Part shown: piece by piece, positions 22,770 to 33,391 of the stretch
How positions within the stretch are numbered: position 1 is the first letter of the stretch
Layout of the letters: each line of letters opens with the position of its first letter
Assembly: GCA_965248755.1 (NCBI GenBank)
Contig: OZ252149.1
Coordinates: forward strand, 160,001-224,000
Source of the DNA: Candidatus Latescibacterota bacterium
GTDB lineage: Bacteria > Latescibacterota > CBDEFO01
Direction of reading: 5' to 3'
Length of the DNA stretch: 64,000 bases
Translations under genes and position numbers: made by a program
Notes under the pieces: generated by a model
Database searches by the model: none
Seen by the model: the letters and a program-made list of their open reading frames with translations, nothing else
What the model was told of the DNA's origin: nothing

Positions 22770-23340
22770 GTAGGTCTTGATCATCTTGTTGAGCAGATGC
22801 AGGGCTTCTGACTTTTCGCTCTGGAACACATTGCGTCCGATGATGGAGCCAAACCCTCCCCCTCACGGATTGCTCGGGCTTCTTCCAGGAGAGCTTCATC
22901 ATCTTCCTTCTTCGCGCCTCCAGAGAAGATCACAATCCGACGCCCGTTGAATGTGCTTTGCACCACGTGCCTAACCCCCTGTGCCAACGTCTCTCGTGCG
23001 ATGCCATACGTCTCGTAGACTTCTTTAGCTGCGTCCAGTTCAATATGTACAGAGGGCAGCTTGACCTTAATGATGTGTGCGCCCAGTTGTGCCGCAATTT
23101 GAGCCGCGTAAACCGCTATGTCCAGAACGGTCTCTCCGTCTTTGCTCAACCCCCTGCCTCTCGGATACGACCACACCACGACAACCAACCCCACTGATTT
23201 GGCTTCACACGCAAGTTCTCTCAACTGCTCGTATTACCAGCCGCCGATCGGCCGTTCCGGGATAAATCGTATAGCCGATGCCTACGCACCCCAGCCGCAG
23301 GGCATCGGACACTGAGGCCGTTTGCGCGCTGTACTGCTCC
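22770..23340 (-). pseudogene. fbaB: Class I fructose-bisphosphate aldolase, 5'-truncated and frameshifted
   Basis: Motifs ASVSDALRLGCVGIGYTIYPG, VVVWSYPRG, LGAHIIKVKLP, IVIFSGGAK. Confidence 0.85.
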
Positions 23341-23349
23341 CCTGAAAAG

Positions 23350-23546
23350 CGACACCGACTAAGCAACGTGGGGAAGCAAATAGAATTGTTTTTTCCACTG
23401 TTGTGGGGTCTTACATCCCAGGGATGAATGGAGACGAATCTTGTTGTAATTATCAATCCACTGAGATATGATCTTCTCAGCTTGTTCAAAGGATTCAAAT
23501 CTGCCTTGTCTTCAGCGGGATGGATGATAAAGACGTCATAGATCAT
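23350..23546 (-). pseudogene. TIR-domain gene remnant in second integron cassette position
   Basis: MIYDVFIIHPAEDKAD resembles the TIR N-terminus YDVFISHASEDK; starts 44 bp past the attC. Confidence 0.6.
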
Positions 23547-23589
23547 TGGTGGTCTCTTTGCTCGTTGGTTCTAGTCGCTTACTTTTATC

Positions 23590-23685
23590 GCCGAACGATC
23601 TGCGGTTCACCTGCCGCCGCTAAATAATTTGGTATTTGAAGAATCGCACAGAGCAAAGGCAGTCAGGTGTAATCGCTGGTTAGGC
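23590..23685 (-). mobile_element. Integron attC site
   Basis: Minus strand: R'' GCCTAAC, CAGCGATTACACCTGACTGCC...GGCGGCAGGTGAACCGCAGATC, R' GTTCGGC. The arms pair with unpaired bases and overlap the stop of the upstream ORF. Confidence 0.85.
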
Positions 23686-24033
23686 ACTGTTTCTGAGAGC
23701 ACGTTTAGTGCCCAAGGCAATCCCAACACATGCAGCCAATGGTATCAAAACCGAAGAAACCGCATAGCCAGTTCCTATACCAGTGATAATCGTCGAGTAG
23801 CCGAGCCTTGCGACAAAATAGGAGTCTAAAGCAAAGGCTGGCAATGCCAACAACAAGCCCCATAACCACCGACCTCCCGCCACCTTGCCACCCAATGCAT
23901 AGCCGATGCCAAGGAAAATGACAAGGTCCAAAATATTGAAGAAATTTAAGAATAACCAAACGAGTTTTGATCCCCCAAGAAGCAACCCTAACAAGGACAG
24001 CACAATGGTGGTTTTAACCTTACTCCATTTCAT
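23680..24033 (-). CDS. Integron cassette: small four-TM membrane protein
   Basis: 117-aa hydrophobic ORF between the attI-like core and the attC. Confidence 0.8.
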   Translation of the reverse strand: MKWSKVKTTIVLSLLGLLLGGSKLVWLFLNFFNILDLVIFLGIGYALGGKVAGGRWLWGLLLALPAFALDSYFVARLGYSTIITGIGTGYAVSSVLIPLAACVGIALGTKRALRNSA

Positions 24034-24076
24034 TCCGTCCGCCTTTATCCAGAAAAAATAGCGTTTGTTATAATGC

Positions 24077-24189
24077 GCATAACTAGGGTTTATACAGTTT
24101 TCTATGCTAAGAACCTATATACAGCTATTTGAGCTATATAAGACCCCACTGAAATATTAAGAGAAAACCTGTAATATCAAAAATATCAT
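24077..24189 (-). mobile_element. attI-like site, copy A (core GTTATGC)
   Basis: About 90% identical inverted copy of 53259-53371; homology ends at the GTTRRRY-like core. Confidence 0.7.
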
Positions 24190-24720
24190 GCGGATCGCAC
24201 TATCGACACCCGCCTCATCGTTTGGAAAGAGGACATACTACCGCCTCGGTTGCCCTGAAGCGATTGGCGGTTTACAGTACCAAAAACCGATTCTATCGAG
24301 CCAATCAGGATCTCGGACGCATCTTCAAAACGGAGTTCATCCTCAACTATATGTCCGAGCCTCACCTGCGAGCGCCTATCCGACAAGGTCTCCTCAAAGT
24401 CGAGCAACTCCACGCCTTGGCCCGAGACGTCTACTACGGCAGAAGAGGACGGATCAACGCCCGCGAACTGCACGAATAGATCAGCACCTGCAGCTGTCTC
24501 ACCCTCATCCTCGCTTGCATTATCTACTGGCAAGCCAAAGAGATCTCCAGAGTCATAAGCTCCTGTAACCCGGAGAAAGAGCATATCTCTTTGCTGGGGC
24601 ACATCAGTCCCATCAAATGGGATAACATCATCTGCTACGGACAATACATCGTCAACCGAAATCTGATCCGCTAACTTCGATCCTCAGAGTATATTTTTAC
24701 ACGAATGTCGTCGGCACCCC
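24190..24720 (+). mobile_element. Tn3-family transposase 3' remnant with terminal IR
   Basis: LGRIFKTEFILNYM...LHALARDVYYG...HISPIKWDNI; 38-bp IR at 24683-24720 ending ACCCC. Confidence 0.85.
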
Positions 24721-24852
24721 TACTTTGCCCCTGGTAACACGAATGTTTGAACTGGGCCAGATTCGGAAAGATAATGATCACCCCATCTGGTTCCCGCTGG
24801 ATTTGGCAATCCAGGCCGAACGAAATGGAACATTTTATTTCTTCCACATCCC

Positions 24853-25617
24853 TTAGTAAGTAAGATAACCACCGTCCAGCACAATTGTCGAGCCAGTAAA
24901 GAACTGACTCTCATCCGAGGCCAGAAACACGACGGCATCACCGACGTCACGGGGTTGGCCGGGACCGAATGGGGTCTGACGCACATAAGTATAAGGGGAC
25001 TCGGGGCTCTTCATCAAATCGATGATGGGCTGCACCGTTTCGGTCCAAATGAAGCCAGGAGAGATACAATTGACGTTGATCCCATGGCGTGCCAGTTCGA
25101 GCGCCATGACTTTTGTCAAGCCGATCACCCCGGCCTTGGAAGCACAATAAGCGGCTGCAAATTCCTCACCAATTAGCCCATCCACGGACGAGATGTTAAT
25201 GATCTTGCCGCTTCCCTGCTCGATCATATGACGAGCGGCTGCCTGGGAGCAGAGGAAGACTCCCTTCAGATTGACGGACATCACCCTGTCCCACAGCTCC
25301 TCGCTCATCTCCATGAAAGAACTGAACTTGGCCATCCCCGAGACGCCGGCATTGTTGACCAGGATGTCGAGCCCACCGCCCCATTCAATGGTGGTTTCAA
25401 CGAGCTCCTGCACCCGCTCCCGCTGTGTCACGTCGGTCTGCAAACCCAAAGCTTGTCCACCTTTAGCAACGATCTCGTCTGCAGTTTCTCGGGCTTTGTC
25501 CTCGCGCCGCTGTGCAATGACGACCTTGCCACCTTCCTCTGCCAAACGCTCAGCAATGCCCTTGCCAATACCTACGCCGCCGCCGGTTACGATAGCAACC
25601 TTGTCCTTCAGACGCAT
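24853..25617 (-). CDS. SDR family oxidoreductase
   Basis: Motifs TGGGVGIG, NNAG, YCASK. Confidence 0.95.
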   Translation of the reverse strand: MRLKDKVAIVTGGGVGIGKGIAERLAEEGGKVVIAQRREDKARETADEIVAKGGQALGLQTDVTQRERVQELVETTIEWGGGLDILVNNAGVSGMAKFSSFMEMSEELWDRVMSVNLKGVFLCSQAAARHMIEQGSGKIINISSVDGLIGEEFAAAYCASKAGVIGLTKVMALELARHGINVNCISPGFIWTETVQPIIDLMKSPESPYTYVRQTPFGPGQPRDVGDAVVFLASDESQFFTGSTIVLDGGYLTY

Positions 25618-25641
25618 CGGTTGTGACCTCCATAGCTCATT

Positions 25642-26400
25642 CTATTTGGTCATGTATCCGCCATCCACGACAATCACCGCTCCCGTCACGTACGATGACT
25701 CGTCAGAGGCCAGCCACAGCGCAGTCTGCGCTACCTCCTGGGGCTGCCCCACGCGCCCCAATGCTGTGCGAGTCTGCCAGAAGTCACGCACCCCCACGTC
25801 CTCGTACGAGCCGGCCGTCATCGGCGTGTCGATGGAGCCGGGACAGATGGCGTTGACGCGAATTCCCTTGGGTCCCCACGTGCCGGCCATCGTGTAGGTC
25901 AACGAGATAATGCCGCCTTTGCTGGTGGCATAGGCATCGTAAATATCTTTGCCCGCGCGCAATGCTGCGATGGACGTGACATTGATGATGGAGCCTCCGC
26001 CGGCTTCAACCATGTGGGGAATAGCATACTTGCAGCCCAGGAAGGTGCCTTTCAAGTTAATGGTGATGATCCGATCCCAAACATCCTCCGAGAGATCCGG
26101 CGCCGGCCCGTCTTGTTCCATCCACACGCCGGCATTGTTGTAGAGGATGTTCAACCCGCCGAACGTCTGCACCGCCAAAGACACAGCCGCCTGTACCTCG
26201 GCCGCTTTGGACACATCGGCGACAGCCTCCACAGCTTCACCTCCCTCAGCCCGAATCATGGCAACTGTCTCCTCGGCCCAGTCTGGCTCGCAGTCACAGA
26301 CCGCCACGCGAGTACCTTCCTGTGCAAAGAGCAAAGCCGCGCTGCGACCGATACCACGGCCCGCCCCGGTGATGAGTGCCGTTTTCCCCTCTAATCGCAT
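25642..26400 (-). CDS. SDR family oxidoreductase
   Basis: Motifs TGAGRGIG, NNAG, YATSK. Confidence 0.95.
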   Translation of the reverse strand: MRLEGKTALITGAGRGIGRSAALLFAQEGTRVAVCDCEPDWAEETVAMIRAEGGEAVEAVADVSKAAEVQAAVSLAVQTFGGLNILYNNAGVWMEQDGPAPDLSEDVWDRIITINLKGTFLGCKYAIPHMVEAGGGSIINVTSIAALRAGKDIYDAYATSKGGIISLTYTMAGTWGPKGIRVNAICPGSIDTPMTAGSYEDVGVRDFWQTRTALGRVGQPQEVAQTALWLASDESSYVTGAVIVVDGGYMTK

Positions 26401-26484
26401 GGGAAGACTCCTGTCTTCGTGAAACATGATACGTGAAGATCCCTTTCGTGTACTCGCATCACGTTTTACGTTTCACATTTCACG

Positions 26485-26688
26485 TTAGATTTTTACAGCA
26501 CCATACTTAGCGCGCTTTTCTTGATACCAGGTGTAGAACTCAGAGCAACTGGCGTCACAGAATTCCCGCTCGGTGCCGTCTACCAACACCAATGTGGGTT
26601 GGTCTACGATCATCTTGCCACAAAACCAACAGCGACGATATTCGTAGACCAGGTTGCCGTACTCTTCCATAGCGTTATAGACCTTCAA
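26485..26688 (-). CDS. Small TRASH/YHS-like Cys protein
   Basis: CWFCG...REFCDASC; abuts the hydantoinase B stop codon. Confidence 0.65.
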   Translation of the reverse strand: MKVYNAMEEYGNLVYEYRRCWFCGKMIVDQPTLVLVDGTEREFCDASCSEFYTWYQEKRAKYGAVKI

Positions 26689-28464
26689 CTACATACCCTC
26701 CCTATGATCACTTTTCGAATTGACCCGTGAGACGCCTTCTGCCTCTTCTGGCGTTAACCCATATACCTCGATTGCGGTGTGGGAGGAGATATAGCCTTGC
26801 TTCAGGTCATCTAGGATCAAGCTTCGGTCTCGCTCTGTGGGGTTGCCATAGCCACCTCCACCCGGTGAGACAATCATGATCCGGTCCCCTTCGTACAGCA
26901 CGCAATTGGCGAACTTGGACTCGGACTTGCTGCCAAACTCCTCAGGGAATGTTTTCCATTCTGTCGAACCTTTGCGTTGGACCAGGTAGGCACTGGTGCC
27001 TCCCGGCCCACCTCCGAAGCGTCCACAGGGAGCGATAAGATGGCGGTCAGCCAGCCCATTAACTTCGATCTCCGAGGCGGCACAGCGCATGATGCGCACG
27101 GTCCCCAGACCACCTCGCCAGCGCCCAGTCCCACCGGAATCCTGGGCCAGGGAGTATTCCTCTACCACCCAGGGGAAGCGGGTCTCATTAACTTCAACGC
27201 CCTGTACACGGGAGTTGCCGACCGGAGGCACGAAGACGGAATTACCATCTTTGGTCGCACGCGCTCCCCAACCGACGCCCTCCCATTGGTAGTTGGCATA
27301 CTGTTCTCCCGTCTCAGGATGAATGCCCCCATATGTGACATTGACGCACGTGCCCCCTTCGGTCCCCGTAACCCGTTCAGGGATCGCCTGGGCAAGGGCT
27401 CCCATAACAGCGTCCAGTACCCGGTTGTGGGTTTCGGTATTGCCGCCATACTGAGCACCTGGGTATTCCACATTGGTGATGCTGCGGGCCGGCGCAATGA
27501 TTTTGATAGGCCGGAAACAGCCCCCATTTGTCGTAATCGTGGGATCCGTCAACTCCAGGATAGCGTTGTATGTGGCAGAAGCTGTGACGCCGAAGGGACA
27601 GTTGATAGGACCCTTGACCTGGGGCGATGAGCCAGTGTAGTCAGCCACCAGCGTGTCTCCATCGACTAGAACACTGACTTTAATGGTGTACGGTCCATCC
27701 TCAGACACACCATCGTCATCCATGTATTCCTCGTACTCATAGAGGCCGTCGGGAATAGCGCGAATTTCCTCACGCATGCGGCGTTCCGAGTAATCTTTGA
27801 TAGCCTCCATGACCGCATTCACTGTCCCTAAGCCGTACCGGTCTAAAAGCTCTAACAGACGTCGCTCGCCGAGGAGTATCGAGGCATACATGGCGTTCAT
27901 ATCACCGTACGAATTTCGTGGGGTGCGTGTGTTAGACAGGTAGATACGCCAGACGTTGAGATCGGGTTCGCCTCGATTGAAGAGTTTGACAGGCGGCAGG
28001 CGGAAGCCTTCCATAAAGACATCCGTCGCGTCGCCGGGGAAGCCGCCTGGGGATTTCCCACCGACATCCACATGATGCGCGATGATGGAGGTTAGGGCCA
28101 AGAGTTCATCGTCCACAAAGATAGGTTTGATCATGGTGAACTCAGGTAAGTGGGTGCCACCACGATAGACGTCGTTGTGCAACAGGACGTCGTCCGGATA
28201 GAGGTTGTCAATGCCGATATCCTTGACACACCACTCCATGGTGAACTGGAGCGCCCCGAGCTGGGCCGGGCAGCCCACCCCCTGGGCTACCATTTCACAG
28301 CTCGGGTCGAACATGGCGATGGAGAAATCACGACCTTCGCTGAAGATCGGGGAGTACGCCGTCTTGATCATGGCGGTCCCCATCTCGTTGCAAATGGCAA
28401 CAAAGCTACTGCTAATGACTTCTAACGTGATCGGATCCAATTGCTCGGTGGTGGCTTGAACCAT
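26689..28464 (-). CDS. Hydantoinase B/oxoprolinase family protein
   Basis: Motifs LDPITLEVI, TAYSPIFSEGRDFS, GGTHLPE, HHVDVGG, SPGGGGYG. Confidence 0.95.
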   Translation of the reverse strand: MVQATTEQLDPITLEVISSSFVAICNEMGTAMIKTAYSPIFSEGRDFSIAMFDPSCEMVAQGVGCPAQLGALQFTMEWCVKDIGIDNLYPDDVLLHNDVYRGGTHLPEFTMIKPIFVDDELLALTSIIAHHVDVGGKSPGGFPGDATDVFMEGFRLPPVKLFNRGEPDLNVWRIYLSNTRTPRNSYGDMNAMYASILLGERRLLELLDRYGLGTVNAVMEAIKDYSERRMREEIRAIPDGLYEYEEYMDDDGVSEDGPYTIKVSVLVDGDTLVADYTGSSPQVKGPINCPFGVTASATYNAILELTDPTITTNGGCFRPIKIIAPARSITNVEYPGAQYGGNTETHNRVLDAVMGALAQAIPERVTGTEGGTCVNVTYGGIHPETGEQYANYQWEGVGWGARATKDGNSVFVPPVGNSRVQGVEVNETRFPWVVEEYSLAQDSGGTGRWRGGLGTVRIMRCAASEIEVNGLADRHLIAPCGRFGGGPGGTSAYLVQRKGSTEWKTFPEEFGSKSESKFANCVLYEGDRIMIVSPGGGGYGNPTERDRSLILDDLKQGYISSHTAIEVYGLTPEEAEGVSRVNSKSDHREGM

Positions 28465-28469
28465 CTTCG

Positions 28470-30542
28470 TTATCCCTCCCGCGTCTTGCCGGTCCGCGTA
28501 CGAATCAGGATGTTGCCGTACCGGTCCACAGACGCTTCCTGACCTGAGTGAATCACAACAGTTGATTCTATCTCTTCGATCACACATGGCGCGGGGAGAG
28601 CAACCCCCACCGGCAACCGATCGCGATCCAGGATCGGGACGACCACCTTTCCACCTGCCTCTCTGAAGTAGACCGGACGCTCGGCCTTAACGGCCTCAGC
28701 AACAGTGCGATGTCCATCCGGCGGGGCTTGGGCCGTGGGCTTGGGGAGTTGCCCAATGACTGAGATTCGCAAGCTGACAATTTCGAACGGCTCATCGGGA
28801 ACGTAGTAGCCGTAGAGCTTCGAGTACTCCTCTTCGAAGGCGTGGACCAAATGGCTCAAGTCACTATCCGCGAAAAAGTCTGGCTTGACGGCAACTTGAA
28901 TCTCATAGTTCTGTCGCGCATACCGCATATCCACCGCATGCTGAATCCGCACCTCACCTTGATATCCCGCGCGGGTCAAATAGCACCGGCCCTGTCCTTC
29001 CATGCGAGCAAACATTTCCCGCACGACATCTACCTCGATGAGGCTGGCCGGGCGTACGTATGACTGCACCAAATCGTAGTGGATGTCGCCCAGTATCAGG
29101 CCCATCGCTGATAAGACGCCGGGATAAGGAGGTACAATGATGTATGGCATACCGAGTTCTTCCGCCAGCACACCAGCATGAACCGGTCCTGCACCGCCAA
29201 TGGCCACTAGCGCAAAATCACGCGGATCGTACCCGCGTTCTACCGAAATCTGACGGAAGAGGTGGATCATATTGGCGTTGGCGATGTCCAAGATGCCCTG
29301 GGCAGCATGTTCCAGACCCATGTTTAACGGTCTAGCCACTTTATCCTGGATTACACGGTGCGCGGCTTCGGCATCTAACCGCATCGCGCCGCCCAGCAGG
29401 TACTCAGGGTTAACACGCCCAAGCGTTACGTTGGCATCGGTCACCGTGGGCTCGGTACCGCCCGCCCCGTAGCACACCGGGCCGGGATCCGCGCCGGCGC
29501 TTTGGGGACCCACCTTCAACAGCCCACCTCGATCCATCCAGGCAATGCTACCCCCACCTGCACCGATGGTTAGGACATCCAGGGTGGGCACCTTCACTGG
29601 CACGCCCCACTCGATCTCGCCTTCCGTCGAATGCAGGGGACGTCCCTTGTAGATCAAGCTAACATCACAGCTCGTGCCGCCCATATCCAGGGTGATGACA
29701 CTCTCGAAGCCCGCCAACTCGCCGAAGAAACGTCCGGCCACCACCCCGCCGGCTGGGCCGGACAGCAGCGTATTGACGGGGAGTTCACGGCAGTCTTCCA
29801 CAGTGCTGATACCTCCGTTAGACTTCATAATGCTCACCGTACACTGAATGCCCAACGCGGCAATACGCTCCTCTAACTCAGTCAGGTATTGACTCATCTT
29901 GGGCTTAATGTAGGCATCTACCACCGCCGTACTGGTCCGCTCGTATTCGCGGAACTCGGGCATGACCTGGGACGAAATAGAAAGCGGCGCTTCTGGGTAG
30001 ATTTCCCGCACGATCTCTGCCACACGCTGTTCATGGTTGGGATACACGAAGGAGAAGAGCAAGCAGATGGCGATGGCCTCCACGCTTTCGGTTTTCATGA
30101 ACTCGGCCACTGTTCGCACACTTTCCTCGTCCAACGGCGTTAGCACGTGACCGCGATAGTCGACGCGTTCCCGTACACCCCTGCGGAGGTAGCGTGGCAC
30201 CAGCGGTTTCGGCTTGTCCCATTGCAGGTCATAGTGGTGCTGTCGATCACCTCTCTGAATTTCCAGAATGTCCTTGAACCCTTGTGTGGTGATCAGGCCG
30301 ACTTCGGCGCCCTTGCGTTCAATCACGGTGTTGGTGCCCAACGTCGTGCCGTGCACAAACGAAGCAATCTGGCCGGGTTCAACTCCACTGCGCTCCACTG
30401 CGGTGACAACCGCGTTCACAAGTTCTCTGGGTGTGGAAGGCACTTTAGTAATCGAAACGTTTCCCGAATCCTGATCTATGAGAACCAGGTCGGTGAATGT
30501 TCCTCCCACATCGACGCCCATGATGTATTTCGGTGGTGTCAT
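28470..30542 (-). CDS. Hydantoinase A/oxoprolinase family protein (ATP-binding subunit)
   Basis: Motifs GVDVGGTFTD, LSGPAGG, DMGGTS, GAGGGSIA, VGPQSAGADPGP. Confidence 0.95.
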   Translation of the reverse strand: MTPPKYIMGVDVGGTFTDLVLIDQDSGNVSITKVPSTPRELVNAVVTAVERSGVEPGQIASFVHGTTLGTNTVIERKGAEVGLITTQGFKDILEIQRGDRQHHYDLQWDKPKPLVPRYLRRGVRERVDYRGHVLTPLDEESVRTVAEFMKTESVEAIAICLLFSFVYPNHEQRVAEIVREIYPEAPLSISSQVMPEFREYERTSTAVVDAYIKPKMSQYLTELEERIAALGIQCTVSIMKSNGGISTVEDCRELPVNTLLSGPAGGVVAGRFFGELAGFESVITLDMGGTSCDVSLIYKGRPLHSTEGEIEWGVPVKVPTLDVLTIGAGGGSIAWMDRGGLLKVGPQSAGADPGPVCYGAGGTEPTVTDANVTLGRVNPEYLLGGAMRLDAEAAHRVIQDKVARPLNMGLEHAAQGILDIANANMIHLFRQISVERGYDPRDFALVAIGGAGPVHAGVLAEELGMPYIIVPPYPGVLSAMGLILGDIHYDLVQSYVRPASLIEVDVVREMFARMEGQGRCYLTRAGYQGEVRIQHAVDMRYARQNYEIQVAVKPDFFADSDLSHLVHAFEEEYSKLYGYYVPDEPFEIVSLRISVIGQLPKPTAQAPPDGHRTVAEAVKAERPVYFREAGGKVVVPILDRDRLPVGVALPAPCVIEEIESTVVIHSGQEASVDRYGNILIRTRTGKTREG

Positions 30543-30768
30543 TGTCTCGGTCCTTGAACTTACCTCAACTTAATGTCTAGGGAAGCTTCGCCTCAAACCA
30601 GGGCTAGATATTGTGTATTGGATATTAGAGATTGGATTCTTGTTGTTAGTGAGCAATATCTAAAGGCGTTAGAAAGAATAAAACCTTCCAAAACGTAGCG
30701 GTAATGTTTATCATGTGGTCAGTTCATGTCGGGTATATTACAACAAAGGCACGTAAACTCTCATAGGA

Positions 30769-31151
30769 TCATGATGACACTGCGTCTAGTCTGGCTGCGT
30801 TCTTCGATGCATGTCGCTTTCTCTGTCCACGCATCGCCTTCTCTCCCAGGTTCATCTTCGCTGTTCCTCTTGCAGATCTTTTGATTCCTCGTTTCTTCAT
30901 CCAGTTGTACAGGTTGCCCTCTGTGGTATGGTAATGCTGGGCAATGAATCTCTGGGTGAAACCATAGGGCAGAAGTGCCTCGATTTCGGGCTTGAAGGGA
31001 TCCAGTTTGCTTTTTCCCGTCCCTTTCAGCCTCCCCATTTTAATGCCCATAGTTTTCTTGACGCGCAGGGCTTCTTTGGTTCTTTGAGAAATCAGGTCCC
31101 GCTCGATTTCTGCTGCCATAGCAAAAGCCATCGCAAGAATCTTGCTCTGGA
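30769..31151 (-). pseudogene. Serine recombinase (resolvase) C-terminal fragment
   Basis: AFAMAAEIERDLISQRTKEAL...GRLKG plus an HTH; cut off by the IS1380 end. Confidence 0.85.
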
Positions 31152-31355
31152 CCGACATTCGCCATATCAAATTCATGAGGGATTATATTTCGATACAATC
31201 TTGTTTCTGAATGAATATTACCACTTTTACATTTTTCAACAAGTACTTTTTTCAATCAAAATAGTAATTTCCTCTGAATTATCACTTTCTTTGTGCTTAA
31301 ATCCTCCACTTGGAGACACCTCTCCATCGACTCACAAAAAAATGTGGCAGTTTAA
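31152..31355 (-). mobile_element. Isolated IS1380 right end
   Basis: Near-identical to 6235-6438, including the IR CCGACATTCGCCATATCA. Confidence 0.9.
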
Positions 31356-32871
31356 AAGCCTTGTGAAAAACCCTTAAATCGAACAAATAGTATAAACACA
31401 TTGACGGAGCAATCTCCATGTATTATATTATATCATTGATAATATTATACATGGAGGGAATAATGACGCCACAAAAGAAGGAACAGACAAATCTGATATT
31501 TCACTATTTTCAGATGGAGGATTTAGTTCCCCAAGACCATATTCTCCGTCAAATTGATAAAGCGGTTGATTTTTCATTTGTACGAGACGTTGTGTCAGAT
31601 TGTTATTGCTCTGATAATGGCAGACCCGGTATTGATCCTGAATTAGTTATTCGAATGATCCTTATCGGCTATTTGTATAATTTGAGTGAGAATCGGCTTT
31701 GTCAGGAAGTGGCGATGCATGCGGCATATAGGTTGTTTTGTCATCAGACATTTGAGGATGAGGTTCCAGACAGAAGCACGATCAACAAGCTTCGCAATCA
31801 CAAGTGGGCATCTAGTGGATTGTTTGAACAGATAATGCGTTAGGTAGTCCAGCGCTGTATAGATGTCGGTCTTGTGAGCGGTAAACACTTAAGTGTTGAT
31901 GGCACTCAGATACGAGCGAATGCTTCGGTGAAGAGTATTGATCCGATAGAGCTTCCTGTTTCTCTTGATGACTACCTAAAGGAAATGGGTTTTGAAGGTG
32001 ATAAGGTACAGGCCGAAGATAGGTCTGGGCATTCTTACGATAAGGACTTTCATGGTGAAAAGTGGACGAACCAGACGCACCGTTCGACTACAGACCCCGA
32101 TGCTCTCTTATACAAAAAGTCAAAAGGCACGGGGGCTTCTCTTTCGTTTATGGGTCATGATCTCATCGACACAAAAAGTAGAGTAATCCTTGAGACACAG
32201 GGCACACAGGCGACAGCCGAGACTGAAAGTGCCCTTAAGATGGTTGATGATCTTGAAGTATACACTATGCCCGAAGGCATTCAGACACTTACTGCCGATA
32301 CCGGTTACGGTTCTGGTGGTTTTATCGCTGATATACTTGACTGGGGAATCACACCCCACATTCCTCTGCGATCAGGTGAAGAGATTGAGCCAATTCCTAC
32401 TTGGAAAAACAAGACAAATTTCGCACATATTCAGGCCAAGCGAGATAAGAAAGTGCGAGAGGCAAAGGCCAGGAATTATGCACGATCTATCTCATTGACA
32501 TCTGACTACAGACTCTCCCAGAAGCTCCGCAAACGCAGTGAACATATCTTTGCTGAAGCCAAACAACAGCACGGTATGGGCCGAGCCCGTTACAGGGGAT
32601 TGGCCTCACTGAATGAACAGTTAAATCTTATTGCAACAGTGCAGAATCTCAAGAGGCTTGTATACTTCATAAGAAGGAGAAAAGCGTCTATATGTGCCCT
32701 GTCTGTCAAAGACAGTGCATCCTGTTCTTCAAACAGCTTCTATTCCTTGCTGACCAGAACTCTGATGAGACTATTTTGCTTATTCCATAGCAAAACGATA
32801 CGATATGCTACTGTTTGACCCATAATAAGCGTTTCAGACGCTGCCTTCAAGATAACTATTTCACAAGGCTT
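31356..32871 (+). mobile_element. IS1182-family element, copy 1 (transposase 31418-32818 with nonsense TAG at 31841)
   Basis: IRs AAGCCTTGTGAAA and TTTCACAAGGCTT, TTAA on both sides; motifs GRPGIDP, SVDGTQI, KRSEHIFAEAK. Confidence 0.92.
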
Positions 32872-33391
32872 TTAAGACATAGTAGAAATAGCTAGACGGG
32901 CTATGAACCAACCCTTTCAAGGTTCCTAATGTTCTGGTATTACCAACCGAAATAAAGCACGATAACCTCCGACTCCTGCTGTTTGAGCGTTCTGACTACC
33001 GATCTAACATCATTCTTTAAGGCTTCCTCCTCGGCTAAGACATCCGGTAATTTTTGATTCTTATCCTCAATAATATCCAATAAGTCTGTCTCACCGTTGC
33101 CGTTAGATTCGTCCCGGTCGCTTCGCCCCACGCAAAGTATGTCCACTATCTCCTTTACAGGCATATCTAACTTTTGGGCAATCTGCTCGACGCTCGGTTT
33201 TTTCGACATCTGCTGTTCAAGGGGTTACAGTTATCCGAAATTCTCATCAATAAGATTTATCTTATTTGCGCGTACTCTGATGGTCCTGCTCTGCTGAGCC
33301 AACGCAAAGAGTATAGCCTGGCATATCCACCAGACTGCATAGGTGATAAATCTATGCCCCTTCTCAACTCTTAATCTCTCTGCAGCTCTAG

